Position numbers and translations under genes: made by a program. A stretch of DNA of 64,000 nt from Takakia lepidozioides (taxonomy: Eukaryota > Plantae > Bryophyta). The notes beneath the pieces were generated by a model that worked only from the letters and a program-made list of their open reading frames with translations, searched no databases and was not told the origin of the DNA. Positions 38,979 through 51,465 of this stretch are shown piece by piece; position 1 is the first letter of the stretch; every line of letters starts with the position of its first letter. The stretch is from contig CM060733.1 of assembly GCA_030704615.1 (NCBI GenBank), forward strand, positions 70,804,001 through 70,868,000. The letters are read 5' to 3'.

Positions 38979-39769
38979 GTGCTTCAATGTGGGCAGGGAC
39001 GTTGTCCGACAGGCATGTGTTCGCCTTCAAGCCAGGTACTGCCCTCCACAACTCGGAACTTGCAGCGGCTGAACGTCTGCCAAAAGAGGAAGAGGCATCC
39101 TTGGAGGATGAGGAAAAATCCGAGAAGGAGCAGGGGGAGGAACAAGTTGGGATCGAGGCCGAGGAGCCCCCGGTGTACGAGTGAGTGGTCACATTGTAAG
39201 TTGCCTCCAGATTTCGTGAGGCACCTCCCTTCGCTCTCTTATTTCATTGAAAACCCTTTCTGCTTCTGCTGGTATTGACATTCTTGAAGTGGATTTGTTC
39301 TTACTGTAGGATGCCAAGTACGGCAGGAGGGACGTCTACATTGGAGTTCATGGGCAGGAGGAACGCGCCTTTTTTTACCAGGGGGGATTTCATGCCTAGT
39401 CTAGAAAGGGACTACATCCTTCCTACTTATGCTGCCCGGCTTGCTTCGGTGTCCATTAGGAGGTGTTCCGAACCTAGTCGTGTACAGCAGATTTTAGACG
39501 AGGCAAGCCTCAAGAAAATGAAGATGAGGGAGGAGGCAGCAACTATTAGAGCCCGTCGGGCTCGTAGATTTGTCTTGGATTCTGCTGAGGAAAGTGGGGG
39601 AGAAGAGGCAGAAGATTCCCAGGAGGTGAGGTGGACAGTCCCCCAAGGAGAGGACGACATTTTTGAGAGGCATACTGCAACCGATGCATCATAGAGCTCG
39701 GAGGATGGGGGGGATGAGGGGGATGAGGAAGAAGGAGGGCCAAGTTCCTCGGAAGGTGTAGGAGAGTAG
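38979..39769 (+). pseudogene. 3' part of the ParB-MTase gene (end of SAM-binding region and acidic tail)
   Basis: Exons 38979-39180 and 39310-39769. First exon reads (G)ASMWAGTLSDRHVFAFK, the expected continuation after FTCGT; splice phases match. Confidence 0.75.
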
Positions 39770-40002
39770 TTCCCATTCCTGCTATGACAATTAGGACACA
39801 CTTGTATAGACGTGGCTTGCCACAAAATTTGCAATAAAATGTTGCATTTCATTGCTATGACGAGTCCACATGACCCTATTTCCATGCCTCCTAACCCTAT
39901 TTCCATGGACAGACAATGGCCCGCTCATGCTTTTTTTTTCCCCGCTCATGCTCATGCCGCTCATGAAATAGCAGCCCCCCCCCCCTGCCACGAGGGCAGG
40001 GG

Positions 40003-41625
40003 CGAGAGTTTGGGCCTGATGGCTATGGGGGCTTTGAGGAGAGCCAGGCTTTTATTAGTTAGTTTGGTGAGTGTAGTGATTTTCTGTACGTGCCATGTGA
40101 GCGAGGGGACAAGTTGAATACCTAAGTATGTGTAGGGTTCATCAGGGCCATGGAAGGGAAATGGTTTATTCTGGTATTGGATGTATAGTTTGCAGTGTGA
40201 CGCAATAGAAGATTTGGTAAGCTTACTGCGGTGGGTAGCCGCGGTGACGGCGCATTTATGAAGACTTAGTTCCATTCCAGACCATTGGTTAAAGCGTGAT
40301 AGTTTTTCAACTTGCCGGTTGAGGTGTTGGGGTTTTGTGCGCAAAGATGCAAGGTCATCTGCGTAAGCGGCAGCAGAAATTTTGTTTGAGGAAGTTTTGT
40401 ATTGGTATCCAAGTTTGCCTTGAGCAATCCATCTGAGCAAGGGTTCAAGGAAGATGATAAAGAGGTAAGGACTAAGGGTGTCGCCTTGGATAGTGCCTCG
40501 TAGAATCGGGATGGGAGGGGTGGAACCATAATATGAGCATGTATATTCCGCGGAGCTGTTAGTGTAAATATTGCCGATGAGTTGTATAGCGTCTGATGGG
40601 TAGCCTAGGTCTGTCATAATGGCGAGTAAACGCGGGTGGTCTAAGGAGCCGAAAGCATTTTTGAAGTTGATATATATGAGATATATATCTGGTTTTGTGA
40701 GTTTGGCGTCCTCTAGGGCGGATAACAATATTGTATTTGTCTGGTAGTGCTACGTGTGGCGCGGAAGCCTTCTTGCGGGTCGCTAAGAATGCGGTGGTGT
40801 TCACCATAGTTGGACAACATCTTGGTAAGGGTGCTGGTAAATAGTTTATAGATAGTGTTAGCGAGAGCAATGGGTCTGTAGTTGCTAAGAACCGTGGGGT
40901 CACCTTTCTTGAAAAGGAGAATGGTGCGGCTATGCTTCCATGTGTGCGGGATCCGGTGGAGTTGGTAGCAAACTTTAAAGAATTTGAAGAGGAGGAGGTG
41001 AAGTACAGGGTCAAGAGCTTGTAGAATAGTATTTGGAATCAAATCGGGGCCAGGGGCTTTGGCTTTGGGAAGGGCTTTGAGGCAAGATTCGAAGATATCA
41101 AGAGTGAAGGTGTCATGCATGAGGTCTGATGGAGAACCACGGTTCTCCAGTGAAAAGCCGTCTAAATCGTGCCAGGGGTAGTGGCGGACTTTACACAAGC
41201 AGTCGGGAGTGTGTACGGTAGGGTGCAGGCAGTTCGTAGTGGTGGGACTGTAGGAGGATGAGGCTTGAATCCATATTTCTTTTTTTATGTCATCAGGGGT
41301 GGTGAGCAGTTGGCCGGATCTATGTTTGAGGCAGTCAATGGGTGGGTTTAGAGCAGGTTTGAAAATAACTTTATGGGCTTTTTTGGGGTGGTCATGTAGT
41401 AATTGGCCAAAAGATGAAACAAATCTTTTGTGATCAGTCGTGGCTTTTTGTTTAGTAATAATGTAGGCGGCTTTTTTAGCGTCTCTCCCCAGCTTGGAGA
41501 GGGCAGCAATCCAACTAGGAAGATTGGAGGGGTCGTTGGGAGGGGGCATGATCGGGCTGCAGACAGACAGGAAGTTTAGGCATGAAATACGGGGATCGGA
41601 GCGCCAGCCACTGTGTAGTGTAGAA
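40003..41625 (-). mobile_element. Non-LTR retrotransposon RT region (Dualen/RandI-like), frameshifted
   Basis: KAPGPD, WKHSRTILLFKKGDP, NYRPIAL, QEGFR, FKNAFGSLDH, GTIQGDTLSPYLFIIFLEPLLRW, AYADDL, YTYLGI. Confidence 0.9.
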
Positions 41626-41704
41626 TTTTAATTAACTCTCTATACATTTAAATTCTCTTCTAGAGTATATAAAGGAAATTCTCCCCGTCCTTCATGTCCC
41701 CTCT

Positions 41705-42545
41705 TATTAGAGGGCTGCTTGGGACTTAAACGCTTTTACGGGTTCTGTGAGGTACCCTTTAATTTTTGCGCAGACTGAGACCAACAGGAGCCTTAGGGGT
41801 GGCAGCAGTAGGCTTAGGGGGGGGGGGGGGGGTGACACAGCCATCACAGCCCGACACAGCCCGCCACAGCCCGCCACAGCTTCGCACAGCCGACACAGCC
41901 CGACACAGCCAGTCACAGCTCGACACAGCTTCACACCGCCTGTCACAGTACATAGGGAACAGTTATCATTGGCAGGGAACGACTGTGAGGGATGACAGTT
42001 AATTAGTTAGGTGGTTAGAACAGCTTGGGGGGCAGATAAGGAGAGCGGCAACGGAAAGAATGACACTTCACGGGGGAGCGCTTGATGGTCATGGAGGAGA
42101 GGAGATCAGGCGGAGAGCAAGAACGAGAGCACGGAGTAGGAGGAGAGATGAACAGTAGATGCTTTACTTCATGCAGAGCTGTAGTGATACTGTAGGGTGG
42201 ATTAGAGTCATTTGACATTGGCCTAGTACCTGATAAATCGTAATCTGAAACTAATTCGATACAAGCACACTGTGTAGAGAGACATGAGTGAAGCTGTGAA
42301 ATGAATGCATGATTAATTGGAACTAAGAAGATACGGAAGCAAACTGATGCTTCAGTATCAGATAAGGTAAATTGTTAACATGAAGGCAAGAAGGAATACA
42401 AAGGGGAAGCACAACCATGATTCACTAGCTGCAGGTCATGACTGATTGTACTGAGCGGGCTGAGTGCTTAGAGATATCCAACTCTTCTATCTTGGAGTTT
42501 CCACCTCGGATAGCGAAGGGATGGGTGAGTAAAAGCCACTTGATA
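41705..42545 (+). repeat. 5' LTR of copy B
   Basis: Matches 50559-51406; contains CACAGCCCGA microrepeats; termini read TA...TA instead of TG...CA. Confidence 0.93.
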
Positions 42546-43031
42546 TTTGGCGACCATACTGGGGAACTAAGTCAGGAACAGCCAGATGTGATAGGCATCT
42601 GGTGGGATCATGGTGGTTGGAGAATTAAAGAATTTGATGTGAATCAAATTCCCTGTGAAACTGAGAAGGAAAGATTGTCCAAACGATTTTTTCAGAGGTT
42701 CTTGGAATTGCCAGACGGTTGTAAAGAAAACATTCTTAAAAGAGTGCATGATGCTGACCCTGAGTGGGGTCTGGAGAAGGGAGTGATAAAGATTTATCAG
42801 GTGGCCTGTAGAGGAAGAGCAAGTTGGTTACCAACACCGGTTTATGTGATAACGTTGCTATCCATTAAGCGAGTAGAGTTTGAAGGCTGGGAGGAGAGGA
42901 AGGTGAATGTTTATACTCATATGCATGAAGAGCTTGTACTGGTAAGAATTGGATTCCAAAGGATATTCTGTGGATCAAACTCACACCAAGAACAACTTTC
43001 CAGACTTGTTTGCCATATGGTTATATGGTAA
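42546..43031 (+). pseudogene. Extra ORF upstream of gag in copy B, unknown function
   Basis: Open frame GIWWDHGGWRIKEF...GRASWLPTPVYVITL between PBS and gag start; no recognisable motif. Confidence 0.45.
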
Positions 43032-43152
43032 CAGAGACTTCTAGTATAGCCAAAGGTGCATTGAAGCTTGAAAGAAACCCAGGCATATACGAGAGATACT
43101 ACAGAAGAGAGTTTTGGTTACTGCCACATTAAGGAAATGAAAGACATGGGAC

Positions 43153-46100
43153 ATGAGTGATGAAAGAGAAGCTAGACTCCAGAGATATTCAGCAAAAAGA
43201 GAAAGTTATCTGAAAACTAATTATCCATATCTTTGGGAGAGGGGAATAGACATAGGGGAATCATCTGGACCTCTCACACCATTAAGATCAGAGAGTACAT
43301 CACCCATATCGGAAGAACTAGAGTTGCATGCCACTCCTTCTTTTTCTTTGCAAGAAAGATTAAGGGAATTGGTACGGGAAGAAGATCAACCACGAGGTGA
43401 AAGATCTGAGGTACATCCCTGGATAAAAGATTTGACAGAAATCTTTGATAAGAGTTGGCATGGAACACCAAAAGCAGGAACTCCAGTTTCTGAAACGGAA
43501 GGTGAAGAAGGAGGAGAGGATGTGGCAGAGCCAACGGAGAGTTCAGACTCTCCAACACCATTGGGATTGATAAGAGGAGTTAAGATACAGATACAAAAGA
43601 TGATCTTTATGATCACAGTAACTGTGTTGAAGATGGATGAAGTCATGGAGGCTTACTCCTTATTATTGGGATGTCCGTGGCTGAAACAGGCCAGGGTATT
43701 CCATGACTGGAATTCTCAGTTACTAACTGTGCATAATGGGATGCACAAGATACAAATTACCACTAAGAAATCTAGTAGATTACCTGCTACGAGAAGACCT
43801 CGAGGGGTCAGGGAGTATGACTGGACGGGAGGACTGGATGAGGAGCAGGAAGCTACTCTGTTCGCTGCACACCCAGAGTGGGAGCAGGTTGCAGAGATGC
43901 AGATGGAAGGCCTAAGTTGTTTAAATGGTATCTGCTGTGGTGTAGTGACAGCAACACCAATTGAAGGTGAAATAAGCAGTTACCCACCACATTTTTATGA
44001 AGAAAGAGAAGGAGAAATGAAAATCCTAGAGGAACCGGCCACTGTGAGTTTACAAGATGAAGTGGTGACTGGTTGGACAATCACAGCTGATGAGCAGGTG
44101 AGAGAAGTGAATGTGGGAACTGAAGAGGAATCGAGGATGGTGAAGGTAGGGGCTGATTGGGAGCCAGAATTCTTTGAGGAAGCTAAGAGTTTGTTCATCA
44201 AATACAGAGATGTATTTGCTTGGAGCTACGAGGATCTAAAAGAGATACCACCTGAGATCTGTCAGCATAAGATTGAACTGGAACCAGGGTCAGTACCAAT
44301 TAAACAGGCAAGGTACAGAATGAATCCCAACTATGCACAGAAGGTTGGAGAAGAGATCAAGAAGTTGGCTGAGGCTAAGTTTATATACCCGATAGAGTAT
44401 ACAACTTGGTTGTCACCCATTGTGATAGTTCCCAAGAAGAATGGTAAACTGAGAGTTTGTGTGAACTATAAAAAGTTGAATGCTTGCACGAAGAAAGATC
44501 CTTTCCCTTTGCCATTCACAGAAGCGGTATTGGACACTGTGGCAGGCCATGAGATGTACTCATTCATGGATGGCTTCAGTGGTTATAATCAAGTGCAAGT
44601 GGCAGAAGAAGACCAGGGAAAGACAACTTTCATCACAGATTGGGGTGCTTATGCATACAAAGTCATGCCTTTTGAACTTTGTAATGCACCAGCAACCTTT
44701 CAGAGAGTGATAAGTGAATCTTTTCATGAGTATCTGGATGATTTCATGCAGGTGTTCTTGGATGATTTCAGTGTGTACAGCTCTAAGAATGAGCACTTGC
44801 ATAAATTGGAGTTATGTTTGGCCAGATGCAGGATGAGAGGTCTGGGCCTGAATCCAGAGAAGTGTACTTTCTGTGTGAACTCAGGGGTGCTTCTGGGACA
44901 CATTGTGTGTAAGAGGGGACTTCTTGTGGATCCCAGGAAGACAGAGGCCATTAAAGCCTCTCCACCACCAGTAAATGTTAAGAGTCTAAGGAGATTCCTT
45001 GGACAAACCAGTTATTATAGAAGATTTGTCAAAAGGTATGCACAGATAGCAGCACCATTGAGCAAGCTTTTGAAGAAAGATGTAGTGTTTGCATGGACAG
45101 CTGAATGTCAACAGGCTTTTGAGGAACTTACATTGTCAGTAACAACTACACCTGTGCTGATTAACCCTCACTCGCATGTAGTATTTCATGTTCACTTTGA
45201 TGCCTCAGGAGAAGCGTTGGGAGCGGTGATAGCCCAAAATGTTACAGGAAATATAGATTCACCTGTGTACTATGCTAGCAGGTTGATGAACAATGCTGAA
45301 AGGAACTATAGCACAACTGAAAGAGAAGCATGATTTATGCAGTCAAGAAATTCAGGCATTACCTATTGGGAAGAAAGTTTATGTTTTATGTGGATCACTA
45401 GGCTCTGATATATCTGGTGAACAAACCTTTGATAAGTGGAAGGATAACGAGGTGGTTAATAATCTTGCACGAGTTTGAGTTCGAAGTTGTTTACAAGCCT
45501 GGCCGTTTGCATCTTGTGGCAGATCATTTGTCACGCCTAACAACAGGAGAGCCCGCCACAGGAGTAGACGATCAATTGCCTGATGCGAGTTTATTTGCAA
45601 TGGAGGTGCAAGGAAGTGCAGATGAATGGTTAGATTGGCAGTGGCCAATCAGATACTACCTTACTCATGGTCAGTGCCCACCTAGTTATGGTAAGGAGCA
45701 GAGGAAGAGAATCGCTATCAAGGCTTTACCTTATACTATGGTAGGAGGCAGAATGTATAAGCTAGGACCTGATGGAGTACTTAAACGATGCTTGTACCAC
45801 CATGAAGTAAATAAAGTTTTGGAGGAAGTTCATAAAGGAGTGGCTAGAGGACATTTTGGAGAAGAGACTACTAGTAGGAAGATACTACTTGCAGGTTACT
45901 GGTGGCCTACTTTGTTCAAGGATGTACACAAGTATTGTCAGAGTTGTGATGAATGTCAGAGACTAGGACCTTTGCAGAGATCTGGGAAGATGGCTTTGCA
46001 TCCTACGATGCCTACTGAACCATTTCAGAAATGGGGACTAGACTTTGTTGGACCAATTAACCCACCGGCCAAGAATACATAGAACAAGTACATAATTACA

Positions 46101-46560
46101 GCCACTGATTATACTACGAAGTGGGTGGAAGCTAAAGCTTTGAGGGACAACACAGCCAAGTCCACAGCAAGGTTCCTGTATGAGAACATACTTACATGAT
46201 TTGGCTGTCCCTTGGAATTTATCAGTGACCAGGGAAGTCACTTCATTAATGAGACCATTGAACTATTGACTAAAGAGTTCATGATTGTGCATAGGAAGAG
46301 TACAACGTATTACCCACAAGGTAATGGGCAGGCAGAGGCTACCAACAAAATACTATGTACTATCTTGGCTAAGATAGTCAATGCAAACAGAACGGATTGG
46401 GATACAAAGCTGCTGACAGCTTTGTGGTCATACATGACTTCATATAAAGTCACCACTAAGTATACACCATTCCAATTAGTGTATGGCATAGAAGCTTTAC
46501 TTCCAGTGGAATTCTTGTTACCTACCATGAGAATGGAATGGGGAAAGAGAACCACGGAAG
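43153..46560 (+). pseudogene. gag-pol of copy B: gag N-terminus fused to protease C-half, RT, RNase H, integrase (C-terminus lost)
   Basis: LLLGCPWL; FMDGFSGYNQV; QVFLDDFSVY; FDASGEALGAV; NYSTTERE; HHCC finger; WGLDFVGP, SDQGSHF, GQAEATNK. Several nonsense codons and one frameshift. Confidence 0.92.
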
Positions 46561-46959
46561 GAAATGAAATCACAAAACCAATCACAGAGCCAACAGCCAA
46601 TCATGAGCCAGAATTACCTGCAGAGGGTATTTTCCAAGAAGCAAGCTCAAGAAATTAGAGGAATTATAAGCGCAAGAGTCGACGTCGTTCCAAGTAACGG
46701 GCATCTCGACGGGAGAGACAATCAAAGCTATAGCTTTGACGCTATGGCAGAAATAACAGACTACACACTCGCATTACTACTTACGCACTGGCACAAGGAC
46801 GGACGAGCGGAGAGTACCTTTTCTCTAAATCGATACTTGCAAGCCCCACAGGCTTACAAGCACTTACCCATTTCATTCTGCGCCAACCATACTTTTATGT
46901 TTTGTGCCCTGCACGCGTTTCTTTAGTTGTTGCAACCAAAACCTTTCTGTTTGTCTAGA

Positions 46960-49900
46960 ATGAAGAGAGTGAGAGGAATGGAGGATATTAGGGTGAAGAG
47001 CACCACAATCTTATAGAAGCAAACGATTGCTACACCATAGGCGGTGCAGCTACTAAAGGAGCTGCGATTGGAGGGATTGCTACGCAAGGACTGGTCCTTG
47101 CATCATCGACAGTTCATGATACAATTTCTTTAGAACTTTGAGCCTCGGACAGGAGTTACTCAGGTGAGGGGAGTAGATATAGAAATTACTCCCCAGTACC
47201 TGCAGCAATTGTTTGATTTGCCATCAAGACATGTGGATGTGGATGAGCACAGGGCAAGATTGCAGATAGGGAATTTGTTCCAAGAAGGGAGTTTCTTTAA
47301 AACTCAAGGTTTTGATTGTACCAAAGCCGAGTACCCAGGGCTTAGGGAAGTTGGCCAAATCTTGAACGTTCTGTTTGCCATGAAAACAAAACCAACAGTA
47401 TTTGAGCAGGTCCTTCATAGAGGAGATCCTGAAAGCTTTGAGGGGAGAGGATGTCGCTTGGGCGGAGTTAATGTACAACAGATTGGTGGACGAGATGAAG
47501 AGGTTACAAGGCACTGCTACTAAGTCTCCGATCATTGTGTCCGGTCCAATCATTGCTCAAATAATTCTTGATTCTTGCATACTTGATACTCGGGAAAGAA
47601 AGGAGATGGGAGTGTTTGAGGCAGAAACCACTGCAATTGAAGAGCAAGGCTCTTCACACAGTGAAGGTGGACTGGCAGCGCAACATCAAACTAAGAGACA
47701 GAGGCGGGGTAAGACTGTAGTGGCGGATCCATTGGCTTCACGGAAACCGTACGATGATGTCTCCCAAGCTCTTGTGCAGGATGGGGCACAGCAGCACATA
47801 GAGCTGCTATTATTGGAAGCAGGGCCTTCAGAGAGGGAAGAGGAAGTCACTTCGATACCACAGCCACCACAACCAAATGACTCTGTTGTTTTAGAGGTTC
47901 CACAGTTAGTATATGTTGTGGCATCACCCCCAATTGCTGTGGAAGGAGAAATGTTGGACATTCCCACTACAGAGCAAGTCGTGGCCGAAATTGAGAAGGT
48001 TGACCTTCTCTATGAAAATTCTGGCTCGGTAAGGGAACCAGTGATTCCAGAGGTACAGCGGTTGTCTAGGGGAAACCCTGCTCTGCATGTAATACCCACA
48101 CCTGTGACGGAGGTACCAGGGGTAGAATATCAAGACACTGCACCACCTGTAGCGGATGAGGTGATTCAGGAAGAAAATCTAGTGGGGGCAATGGCCTGAA
48201 TGGTTCGTGATGCATCACACTATTGAGGATCAGGGAGAATAGCAGCAACCTCACCATGATGACCCTCAGCAGGCCATGCTTATGAGTTCTATAAGCAGGA
48301 CACTTAATTTGTTGGGCACTTATGTGAAATCCCATGTTCCATCTACCCAATTGGCAGCTTTGAGGGAGGAACTCCGGAAGGAGTTTGAGGCTCGACTTGC
48401 CACTAAGTGTGCAAACAAGGTCGATGAGGAGGTCACTCTCAAGTTACAGCAAGAGTTAGAGGATACAAAAGCTGCTTTGCAGTTGGCCAAGGAACATTTG
48501 ATTGAAGCAGGCCTCGCGCAGGACCAGTTGCACGAAGCACATAAGCAACAGCTATACCAAATGCAGGTGAAGCATGAGAGCAAGTTGCAAGAAGTGAATG
48601 CACTACATACGAAGTTGCGGACAGTACATGACAGGATGGCCATACAATGTGCTACACTCACAACTACTCTTCAGCAAACTACATTAGAAGTTAACAGACA
48701 ATGAGAGCTATTAATGAAGGCAGAGGCAGAGAATGTTGAGCAAGCGAAACTCATTATTGATATGAAGAATACAATCTGTCGCAATGAGAATACTTTCAAG
48801 CAATACAGGCAGGTTGAAGCTGACCAAGAGAGGTACATCCTGGAATTGCAACAAACAGTCATGGTGAATAGAAATGAACTCTCTGTGGCTAACAAGGCTT
48901 GGAAGGAAGCCAATAATCTAGCTGCTGCCTATGCGAGTTTGGTTGAACCTCATGCGAAGCGCACGGAGACTTTACAGCAGCAATTAGATGTGTACAAGCT
49001 CATAGAGGAGCAGACTCTTAGGGGTGCCACACACAACTTGGTGGATAACCACCTTATGCAGGTCCGGTTAGCACAAGGGCCGGTGGAAGGCAAAGCACCA
49101 CGGAAGCTCACCCAAGGCGAGATGAATGAGCTCAGACTGCAGGTGCAGAACATTGGCACAACTACTATAGACAATGTCTATAGTAGGATAGCGGAGCTAC
49201 AGGAGGATGTAGACGGCCTGCAGACTTAGGTGGAGGACCTGACTTCAAATATTGATAAGAGAGTCTTTGTACCTGAGGAGCAGCTGATGGCTACTTATTT
49301 ACAAGCCAGAACTCTAATTTTTCAGTCTTCTTTGCAAGGGGTGCAAGAGATGCCAGTGGTGGAAGGGCCAGTATTACCAATATCACAACAAGTGACTGTT
49401 CCGGTAGCTGACCCTGTTGTTACTACAGCCACACCACAGTCGGCACAGCCTGAGGTATGGGGGGATGCTGCTTTTAACCCACCTAGGACTCCTACTGCAC
49501 GAGAGTACAGTCGGGCTATGATTATGCCCTTCAACCAAATTCCCATTGTGTTGGATTTGGCTTGGAAGGAATTTAGTCCTCTGCAGTCGTTGGCACATTA
49601 CTACCAGATCATGCGCATTTGGCTGCCAGTGGCAACTCGGACTAAGGTTCTTCCAAACAATCGACCCATTGAGGATCATCACTTTCTGAGGCACTGGTCT
49701 GAAGCAAGTACCATGTTGAAGGAATTAATTGCCTTCCAAGTTGTACATAGGTACATTTATACTAAGACCAAGGAGGTAGCAAGTATTGTCATGGACTCTG
49801 GGTTATACTATGTTGCTTGTTTTCTGGCACGTTATCACATTGAGCAGCAAAAGATGCAATCGCGATTTCTGAGTTATTCCAGTGGGGATCATTGGGTCTT

Positions 49901-50495
49901 ACCTTCAGTGCCACCTCATATATACCTATATGATGCAAAGGTTATGATGCAGAAGGATTCCCAACTTCGTTCATGGTTTCATTCGGCTTGGAATAATTTG
50001 ACAACACAGAAATTTGGCCCTGACGATATTTTCTTTAAGGGCCATGAGGCATGGAAATACTTGCACTGTTCCCAAGTCATTGGCACACCACTCACCTATA
50101 CGGACAAGGAAATCAGGGTGTTCACCAATTTTTCCATTAAGAGCTTACAGCAGGTTGTACAGTGTAAACTTCCAGACATGGTGGGACCACATTGTATGCC
50201 CCAACGGATTCCAGTTAGAGTTCGACCGTTAAAACACTTGAGGGGCAACGAAGACTCTGATACTACTGTTTCTTCAGCGGACTCTTTTGACATGGCAGAG
50301 GACTACGCAATTCAGATGGCAGAGAAGAAACGACGGGGATCTCCTATGCCTGAGAGGTTACCACGATATCAGCCAAAGGAGGGACTGACATTTCCAGGTA
50401 GTGCTCAATCATCTCCGTCAACCAATGACAGGATTCGGGCTCGCACACGGAGTCCTTCACAAGACTCTCACCGTCAGAAGGGTGCTCGCTCATAA
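46960..50495 (+). pseudogene. Large extra 3' ORF of copy B (~1180 codons) in the env-like position, with central coiled coil
   Basis: ATG at 46960 directly after a pyrimidine tract and AG; consecutive ORFs 47164, 47402, 48276, 48714, 49230 are linked by stop codons and two frameshifts; E/Q/K/L heptad-rich region 48350-49230. Confidence 0.7.
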
Positions 50496-50558
50496 AGGTT
50501 TGCTAATCCCAAACAGTAAACCGTGAGGACACGGCTTTTTGAGAGGGGGAGGGGTAAA

Positions 50559-51406
50559 TGTTAGAGGGCTGCTTGGGACTTAGATGCTTTTACGGGTTCT
50601 GTGGGGTACCCTTTAATTTTTGCGCAGACTGAGACCAACAGGAGCCTTAGGGATGGCAACAGCAGACTTAGTGGGAGGGAGGGGGGGGGGGGGGGGTGAC
50701 ACAGCCCGACACAGCAGTCACAGCCCGCCACAGCTTCGCACAGCCGACACAGCCCGACACAGCCCGACACAGCCAGTCACAGCTCGACACAGCTTCACAC
50801 AGCCTGTCACAGTACATAGGGAACAGTTATCATTGGCAGGGAACGACTGTGAGGGATGACAGTTAATTAGTTAGGTGGTTAGAACAGCTTGGGGGCAGAT
50901 AAGGAGAGCGACAACGGAAAGAATGACACTTCACGGGGGAGCGCTTGATGGTCATGGAGGAGAGGAGATCAGGCGGAGAGCAAGAACGAGAGCACGGAGT
51001 AGGAGGAGAGATGAACAGTAGATGCTTTACTTCATGCAGAGCTGTAGTGATACTGTAGGGTGGATTAGAGTCATTTGACATTGGCCTAGTACCTGATAAA
51101 TCGTAATCTGAAACTAATTCGATACAAGCACACTGTGTAGAGAGACATGAGTGAAGCTGTGAAATGAATGCATGATTAATTGGAACTAAGAAGATACGGA
51201 AGCAAACTGATGCTTCAGTATCAGATAAGGTAAATTGTTAACATGAAGGCAAGAAGGAATACAAAGGGGAAGCACAACCATGATTCACTAGCTGCAGGTC
51301 ATGACTGATTGTACTGAGCGGGCTGAGTGCTTAGAGATATCCAACTCTTCTATCTTGGAGTTTCCACCTCGGATAGCGAAGGGATGGGTGAGTAAAAGCC
51401 GCTCGA
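50559..51406 (+). repeat. 3' LTR of copy B
   Basis: Starts TGTTAGAGGG after the PPT; followed by TSD CCTCT. Confidence 0.93.
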
Positions 51407-51465
51407 CCTCTCTCCCATGTGCTTCTCAACGACACCATCGTCCAAACCACGTCCATCCCAAAATC

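Larger units (their letters stand above)
26267..40002. mobile_element. 13.7-kb DNA transposon: Mutator-like transposase plus ParB-methyltransferase gene; CCC...GGG ends, no TSD
   Basis: Boundaries defined by precise interruption of the LINE frame; subterminal inverted repeat GCTATTTCATGAGC (26349-26362 and 39959-39972); terminal hairpin 39982-40002; two divergent genes; internal palindrome arrays. Confidence 0.85.
41705..51406 (+). mobile_element. Non-chromovirus Ty3/gypsy LTR retrotransposon (copy B, Athila/Phygy-like) with extra ORFs
   Basis: ~840-bp LTRs, TSD CCTCT (41700-41704 and 51407-51411), tRNA-Arg-like PBS TGGCGACCATACTGGGGA (42548-42565), PPT GAGAGGGGGAGGGG (50541-50554). Confidence 0.93.
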
